From contig OZ024759.1 in the NCBI GenBank assembly GCA_964016885.1, positions 32,054,001 through 32,118,000 on the forward strand: DNA of 64,000 nucleotides, given 5' to 3'. This document shows, in pieces, positions 55,226-64,000 of the stretch; the first letter of the stretch is position 1; every line of letters begins with the position of its first letter. The position numbers were made by a program, and so were the translations under genes. Source of the stretch: Eledone cirrhosa (Eukaryota). The notes below the pieces were generated by a model, which did not search any database, had not been told where the DNA came from, and worked only from the letters and a program-made list of their open reading frames with translations.

Positions 55226-56345
55226 AATTGTGTCCTTGAGCAAGGCACTTTATTTCACGTTGCTCCACTCCATTCAGTTGGCAAAAATGAGCTTTACCTA
55301 CGTTTGACGGACCAGCATTGTCACACACACACACATTCACACAGTGTCACGAATCTCCCTGAGAACTATATTGAGAGTAGACTTCATCAACAGGCTATTT
55401 CGTTGATTAAACAGAACGCTCGCCGTCATAACCGACGGAGGTCCTATGTTCACACATACAGAAACATACATCACAGACATATACGAACACATACACAAAT
55501 ACATACATACACACACACAGACACAGACACACACGAACACATAGACATATATACACAGAAACACACAGACACACACACACATTGAAATAGTTTATCAAAT
55601 TAAAACATAAAATTATAAGTTTCTAAATTCTTTCAGCTGTTAAAAACATTCTTTGGGGGAATATTTTACTCAAATTAAATACGATTTCACAGATAAATAA
55701 TAAAATTCCGAGTTTCTTAATTATTTTATCTGTTAAATATGTTTTTTTGAGGAAGAAAATTTTACACAAATTAAATACGTAATTGATTTATTTTGCTTTT
55801 AACTTGGAAATAAAATTGAAGTCTATACCAAGCCTCAGGTGGATGTGGGGTTTTAGATGGAATGAATGGAGTACCTGTGGCGGTGGTGGTGTGGTGGTGG
55901 TGTGGTGGTGTGGTGTGGTGGTGGTGGGTGGTCATGTTGTGGCGGTGGTGTCGTGTGGTGGTGTGTTGTGGTCGTAGTGTGGTCGTGTGTTGTGGTGGTG
56001 GTGTGATGGTGTTGTGGTGGTGTGTTGTGGATGTGGTGTGGTGGTGTGTTGTGGATGTGGTGTGGTGCTGGTGTGTTGTCGTGGTGGTGTGGTGTGTTGT
56101 GGTGATGTGGTGGTGGTGGTGTGTGGTGGTGGTGTGGTGGTATGTGGTGGTGGTGTATAGTGGTAGTGGTGGTGGTGTGGTTGGGGTGTGGTGGTGTGGC
56201 GGTGTGTTGTGGTGGTGTGGCGCGGGGGGGGGGGGGGGTAGAGGTTGTCTTAGTGCTGTTGTATAGTGGTAGAGATGTGCAATGGTGACGGGTTGTGGTG
56301 GAGGTGTGTAGTGGTTGGGGTGATTATAATGCTGACCTGACGTTG

Positions 56346-56726
56346 TTTAAGTGTGTTTCACTCCGTCAATACTCCGATATGTCCAGCTCCTGGTTGTGTT
56401 GTTAGTTCTCTGAGGAACTGGAATCATAGAGAACTAACAACACAACCAGGATCTGGACATATCGGAGTATTGACGGAGTGAAACACACTTAAATGCTGTT
56501 GCTGTGATAATAATGATAATGATGATGATGGTGATGATGATTATGATGATGGTTGTGGTGGGGGTGGGGTGGTAGTGATAATGACCCCCTAAATCTGATG
56601 ACTGTGAAGAGGCTGGTCCAGCTCCTGGTTGTGTTGTTATTTCTCTATGATTCCAGTTCCTCAGAGAAATAACAACACAACCAGGATCTGGACATATCGG
56701 AGTATTGACGGAGTGAAACACACTTC
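56346..56726. repeat. Two related foldbacks of the family-C element
   Basis: 56346-56493 (about 60-bp arms) and 56616-56726. The arm sequence also precedes the 39750 hammerhead (39662-39695). Confidence 0.85.
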
Positions 56727-56763
56727 AACAACATGTGTACCTGTCTTTTCCACACCAATTCGG

Positions 56764-56818
56764 ACTGCCTGAAGAGGTCACAGCCAAAGATGGCTGTCAC
56801 CGAAATATATATAGAAGT
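56764..56818 (+). ncRNA. Type I minimal hammerhead ribozyme, family C
   Basis: actgc-CTGAAGA-ggtcacagcca-aaga-tggctgtcacc-GAAA-tATATa-TA-gaagt. Confidence 0.7.
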
Positions 56819-56954
56819 ATATCTATAATTTATAAGAAACGCAGCCAAATTTTACCTATTTGACTTAATTATTTTACATTACGCCGGAGTAAACAAACCA
56901 ACCTGCGTACTGCGTCGAGTGCTCCAATCTGCATACTGGGGTGTCGGTAAACAA

Positions 56955-57072
<118 letters not shown>

Positions 57073-57086
57073 CGTGTGTATATATA

Positions 57087-57157
<71 letters not shown>

Positions 57158-57173
57158 GTATATATATATGTGT

Positions 57174-57249
<76 letters not shown>

Positions 57250-57509
57250 ATATATGTGTATGTGTGTGTGTATATATATATATATATGTGTGTGCGTATT
57301 TATCATAGTAAATGTGTGTCAGTGTGTTTGTGTGTATCTGTGTTTGTGTGTAACTATGTGTGGGTGTCACAAGGTGTGGCTGTGTCCTCATGTCTATGTG
57401 TGAGTGTGTATAGAGATGTATGTGTATGTGTTTCAATTGGTGTATTTATCATGAATAATTCCCATGTGAGAGTTTGGAATAGAGCGGCCATTTTATTAGA
57501 CATATATAT

Positions 57510-57587
<78 letters not shown>

Positions 57588-57738
57588 GTATATATATATG
57601 TATGTATATATGTATGTTTGTATATATGTTTGTATATATAAATGTTTGTATATATATGTATATATATTATATATATATATATGTATATATAAATGTTTGT
57701 ATATATATGTATATATATTATATATATATATATGTATA

Positions 57739-57800
<62 letters not shown>

Positions 57801-57976
57801 TATATATATATGTATATATAATTATATATATATATGTATATATATTTATATATATATATATATATGTTTGTATATTTATATATATATATATGTTTGTATA
57901 TTTATATATATATATATGTTTGTATATTTATATATATATATATGTTTGTATATTTATATATATATATATGTTTGTA

Positions 57977-58019
<43 letters not shown>

Positions 58020-58033
58020 ATAAATACAGACAT

Positions 58034-58088
<55 letters not shown>

Positions 58089-58161
58089 TATATACATATA
58101 TATATACATATATATATACATATATATATATACATATATATATATACATATATATATATAC

Positions 58162-58285
<124 letters not shown>

Positions 58286-59411
58286 CTGTATTTATGTAAA
58301 TATAAAATAGACCCTCACTGTTTATTGTTCCAGCAAAAGAGTAAAACAGTATATGTGTGTCAGTGAATGTGTGTGTCAGTGAACGTGTGTGTCAGTGAAC
58401 GTGTGTGTGTCTATGTATGTGTGTGTGTCAGTGAACGTGTGTGTGTCTATGTATGTGTGTGTCAGTGAATGTGTGTGTGTCTATGTATGTGTGTGTCAGT
58501 TAATGTGTGTGTCAGTGAACGTGTGTGTCAGTGAACGTGTGTGTGTCTATGTATGTGTGTGTGTCTATGTGTGTGTCAGTGAACGTGTGTGTGTCTATGT
58601 ATGTGTGTGTCAGTGAATGTGTGTGTGTCTATGTATGTATGTGTGTGTGTGTGTTGTGCCGTATTGTAGATCAGGTCTTAGGGATGTGGCTATGAAAGTC
58701 TGGAGAAGTCTGAGATTGTCTGACACACACACACACACACAGATACACACACACACAGATACACACACACACACACACACGCGCACACACACACACACAC
58801 AGATACACACACACACACACAGATACAAACACACACACATAGTGACAACAACACCAGCGACGACATCAGCAACAACAAACTTAACAACAATAGCAACAAC
58901 ATAAACAACAACGGTGGCATCAATAGCAACAACGACAACGACAACAACAGCAACAGCAACAACGACAACGACAGCAACAACAACAACAACAACAACAACG
59001 ACAACAATAGCAGCAACAACAACAATGACAACATCAAAAGAGTAACACTATCAACAACTTCACTCAACATCAATCAACAGCTACAATGTCTCATGTGATG
59101 TCCCCTCCCCCCGCTACATCACACCACACCACACACATCACCCCACCCACACCACCCTACTCCACTCCACCACCACCCACACCACACATCCGCCACCCCC
59201 CTGCGCCACCTCACACCATCACCCCACCACACCACCCTACTCCACTCCACCACCACCCACACGACACACCCCGCCACACCACCACCACCCACACGACACA
59301 CCCCGCCAAACCATCACTCCCACCCCACCCCAGTAATTAGATTTTCTGAATGTTTTCAAAACGTTTCTGGAATGTTGAAAAATACGGAGGAAACCGAGAC
59401 ACAGACAAGAC

Positions 59412-59544
<133 letters not shown>

Positions 59545-59567
59545 GTCACATTCACACACATATACAT

Positions 59568-59600
<33 letters not shown>

Positions 59601-59623
59601 GTCACATTCACACACATATACAT

Positions 59624-59656
<33 letters not shown>

Positions 59657-59694
59657 AATATATACATAGTCACATTACATGTAGACACACACAT

Positions 59695-59741
<47 letters not shown>

Positions 59742-59969
59742 GTATATATGTATCATATATATTATGTATATATCATATATATTATGTATATATATATTAT
59801 GTATATATATATTATGTATATATCATATATATTATGTATATATATATTATGTATATATATATATTATGTATGTATATATATATATTATGTATATATATAT
59901 ATTATGTATATATATATATTATGTATATATATATATATATTATGTATATATATATATATATATATATAT

Positions 59970-60035
<66 letters not shown>

Positions 60036-60361
60036 ATATATATATATGATATATATATGTATATTATATATATATCATATATATATGATATATATATCAT
60101 ATATATACGTATATTATATATATATACGTATATTATATATATATTATATATCATATATATATTGGATATATATATATTATATATCATATATATATTGGAT
60201 ATATGTATATTATAATTATATATATTGTATATATGTATATTATAATTATATATATATATATATATGTGTGTATATTATAATTATATATATATATATATGT
60301 GTATATTATATGTATATATATATATGTGTGTGTATATTATATGTATATATATAGATATGTG

Positions 60362-60414
<53 letters not shown>

Positions 60415-60645
60415 AAATGTTAAAAGTCAGACAATGTTTGATGGCAACATGAGTCACCTTTTATATATCAGCTGTTGTTGTTGTTGTTGTTATTGCTGTT
60501 CTTATTAGTTATTGTTGTTATTGTTATTGTTGTTGTTGTTGTTGTTGTTGTGTAATTAACCCTTTTAAGGCGACAGTGACTGTTGGAATTCTTCTGTTGC
60601 AAAGTTAAATACATTGCACTCACACATATACACATATACACAGTG

Positions 60646-60729
<84 letters not shown>

Positions 60730-60804
60730 TTTTGCTCATATATATATATATATTATGGAATACTGTTGGCTTCTTGCTACAATACTTTCTATACCTTTCA
60801 TTTA

Positions 60805-60863
<59 letters not shown>

Positions 60864-61100
60864 CTTTCTCTCTCTCACACACACGCACATTCTCTCTCTC
60901 TCTCTCTCACACACAGACACATACTTTCTTTTCCAAAGATATATGCTGTATGTGAGAGTATCTGTGTGTGTGTATAAGTGTGAAAGTCTGTCTTGTATCA
61001 ACGTCATTCTTTCTAAAAGAATATTTGCAAAATTTTGGTACAAAGAACCAGATCCACCCCAGAATATCCTCTGATTAAACCCCCCCCCCCCCTCGCCCAC

Positions 61101-61202
61101 CTTCTAGCCGACTCTCGTCTAAAAAGAGCGGATTCAAGAAAGAAACGTAGAAAGACTGAAAGTTCTAATGGTGTTGGAGTGGGACTGTTGAGGACGAAGG
61201 TT
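61101..61202 (-). CDS. Candidate symmetric exon (TFVLNSPTPTPLELSVFLRFFLESALFRRESARR)
   Basis: Strong acceptor attgtgttccttttttttag| and donor AAG|gtgggc. 102 nt with one frame open (phase 2-2). Confidence 0.45.
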
Positions 61203-61297
61203 CTAAAAAAAAGGAACACAATGATAAAATAGAATATTGGGATGTTGTGTCTTAAAATATAATTGTCATATTGTCATATTTCTTGAATCTCCTTACT

Positions 61298-63180
61298 TCA
61301 CACAACAACAGATGTGAAACAGACACCAGACAACAACAGAGATGTGAAACATAGACAACACACAACAACTGATGTGAAACATAGACACCAGACAACAACA
61401 GAGATGTGAAACATAGACAACACACAACAACAGATGTCAAACATAGACACCAGACAACAAGAGAGATGTGAAACATAGACAACACACAACAACAGATGTG
61501 AAACATAGACAACACACAACAACAGATGTGAAACATAGACACCAGACAACAACAGAGATGTGAAACATAGACAACACACAACAACTGATGTGAAACATAG
61601 ACACCAGACAACAACAGAGATGTGAAACATAGACAACACACAACAACAGATGTGAAACATAGACACCAGACAACAACAGAGATGTGAAACATAGACAACA
61701 CACAACAACAGATGTGAAACATAGACACCAGACAACAACAGAGATGTGAAACATAGACAACACACAACAACAGATGTGAAACAAACACCACATAACAACA
61801 GATGGGAAACAAACACCACATAACAACAGATGAGAAACACACACCACACAACAACAGATGTGAAACATAGACACCACACAACAACAGATGTGAAACATAG
61901 ACACCACACAACAACAGATGTGAAACATAGACACCACACAACAACAGATGTGAAACATAGACACCACACAACAACATATGTAAAATAGAAACCACACAAC
62001 AACAGATGAGAAACAAACACCACACAACAACAGATGAGAAACAAACACCACACAACAACAGATGAGAAACAAACATCACACAACAACAGATGTGAAATAG
62101 AAACCACACAACAACAGATGTGAAACAGACACCACACAACAACAGATGTGAAACAAACACCACACAACAACAGATGTAAAATAGAAACCATACAACAACA
62201 GATGAGAAACAAACATCACACAACAACAGATGTGAAATAGAAACCACACAACAACAGATGTGAAACAGACACCACACAACAACAGATGTGAAACAAACAC
62301 CACACAACAACAGATGTGAAACATAGACACCACACAACAATAGATGTGAAACAAACACCACACAACAACAGATGAGAAACATAGATACCACACAACAACA
62401 GATGTGAAACAAACACCACACAACAACAGATGAGAAACAGAAACCACACAACAACAGATGAGAAACAAACACCACACAACAACAGATGAGAAACAAACAC
62501 CACACAACAACAGATGAGAAACAAACATCACACAACAACAGATGTGAAATAGAAACCACACAACAACAGATGTGAAACAGACACCACACAACAACAGATG
62601 TGAAACAAACACCACACAACAACAGATGTAAAATAGAAACCATACAACAACAGATGAGAAACAAACATCACACAACAACAGATGTGAAATAGAAACCACA
62701 CAACAACAGATGTGAAACAAACACCACACAACAACAGATGTGAAACATAGACACCACACAACAACAGATGAGAAACAGAAACCACACAACAACAGATGTG
62801 AAACAAACACCACACAACAACAGATGTGAAACAAACACCACACAACAACAGATGTGAAACATAGACACCACACAACAACAGATGAGAAACAGAAACCACA
62901 CAACAACAGATGTGAAACAAACACCACACAACAACAGATGTGAAACATAGACACCACACAACAATAGATGTGAAACAAACACCACACAACAACAGATGAG
63001 AAACATAGATACCACACAACAACAGATGTGAAACAAACACCACACAACAACAGATGAGAAACATAGACACCACACAACAATAGATGTGAAACAAACACCA
63101 CACAACAACAGATGTGAAACATAGACACCACACAACAATAGATGTGAAACAAACACCACACAACAACAGATGTGAAACAC
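61298..63180. repeat. 28-32-bp satellite, about 60 copies
   Basis: Unit cacacaacaacagatgtgaaacatagacac with variant blocks. Confidence 0.95.
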
Positions 63181-64000
63181 AGATGATGATGGTGGTGCTG
63201 ATGATGATGGCGGTGGTGACGATGGTGATGACGATGGTGATGATGGTGGTGTTGTGGATAACGATGATGATGGCGATGGCGACGACGACGGCGACGACAA
63301 TGTTGACGACGATGCTGCTGCTGTTGATTAATTGCTAATTACAACATATCAATTAAATTTCACACTGACACGTGACTTCAAGACAATAAAGCAACAACAG
63401 ACAAAAACAAACGACAACGACAACAACAACAACAACAGCAACAACAACAACAGCAACAACAACAACGACAACAGCAACAACGACAACAGCAACAACAACA
63501 ACAACGACAACACAAGCAACATCAACAACAACAACGACATCAACATCAACAACAACAGCAACGACATCAACAACAAACAACAACAACAACAACAACAGCA
63601 ACAACAGTAACAACAACAACAGCAACAACCACAACAACAACAACAGCAACAACAACAACAGCAACACCAACCACAGTAACAACAACAACCACAACCACAG
63701 TAACAACAACAACAACAACAACATGGTGGAAGTGTTAATGGTGGTGTAATGGGTGGGTGAGTGGGTCTAGATTTTAATTACAGGGTGTTGGGTAGAATTT
63801 CTGAGTCATACGGGTAGATCGTACATCTATTAAGGGTAGACAGCCACGTATTGTCCTTGTACTGGTTGATTAAAGGGTGGAGTGTACGGGTGATGGTGGT
63901 GGTGGCGGTGTATTGGTACTGGTATTGGTATTTCTGGGGATGGTGAAGGTTGGGGTGGTGGTGGTGGAGGTGTTAATGTGATGATGTACTGGAAGTATGT

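Noticed and set aside
61252-63300. Cys/Val-rich ORFs
   Set aside because: Translations of the 28-32-bp satellite.

Overview
Eukaryotic, AT-rich animal genomic DNA saturated with microsatellites. The SINE/LINE types and simple-repeat density suggest a cephalopod (Octopus-like) genome; this is inference. Nearly all ORFs in the track are translations of (TA)n/(CA)n/(GGT)n/(CAA)n repeats. What lies between the microsatellites: (1) about 18 type I hammerhead-ribozyme motifs, intact to degenerate, from several families, mostly inside short inverted-repeat Penelope-like fragments in (TA)n, including a 262-nt partial tandem unit resembling a non-LTR retrozyme; (2) a cluster of RTE LINE ends with C2H2 fingers and restriction-like-endonuclease LINE ends separated by (TATG)n at 30.3-32.6 kb, plus a bipartite non-autonomous RTE derivative; (3) at least two tRNA-derived SINE families, some with tandemly amplified modules; (4) several minisatellites; (5) phase-compatible minus-strand exons (50744-50600, 42095-41987, possibly 61202-61101 and 54304-54243) of an unidentified protein-coding gene that the ORF track misses. 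All folds and splice calls were made by eye; no database searches were run.
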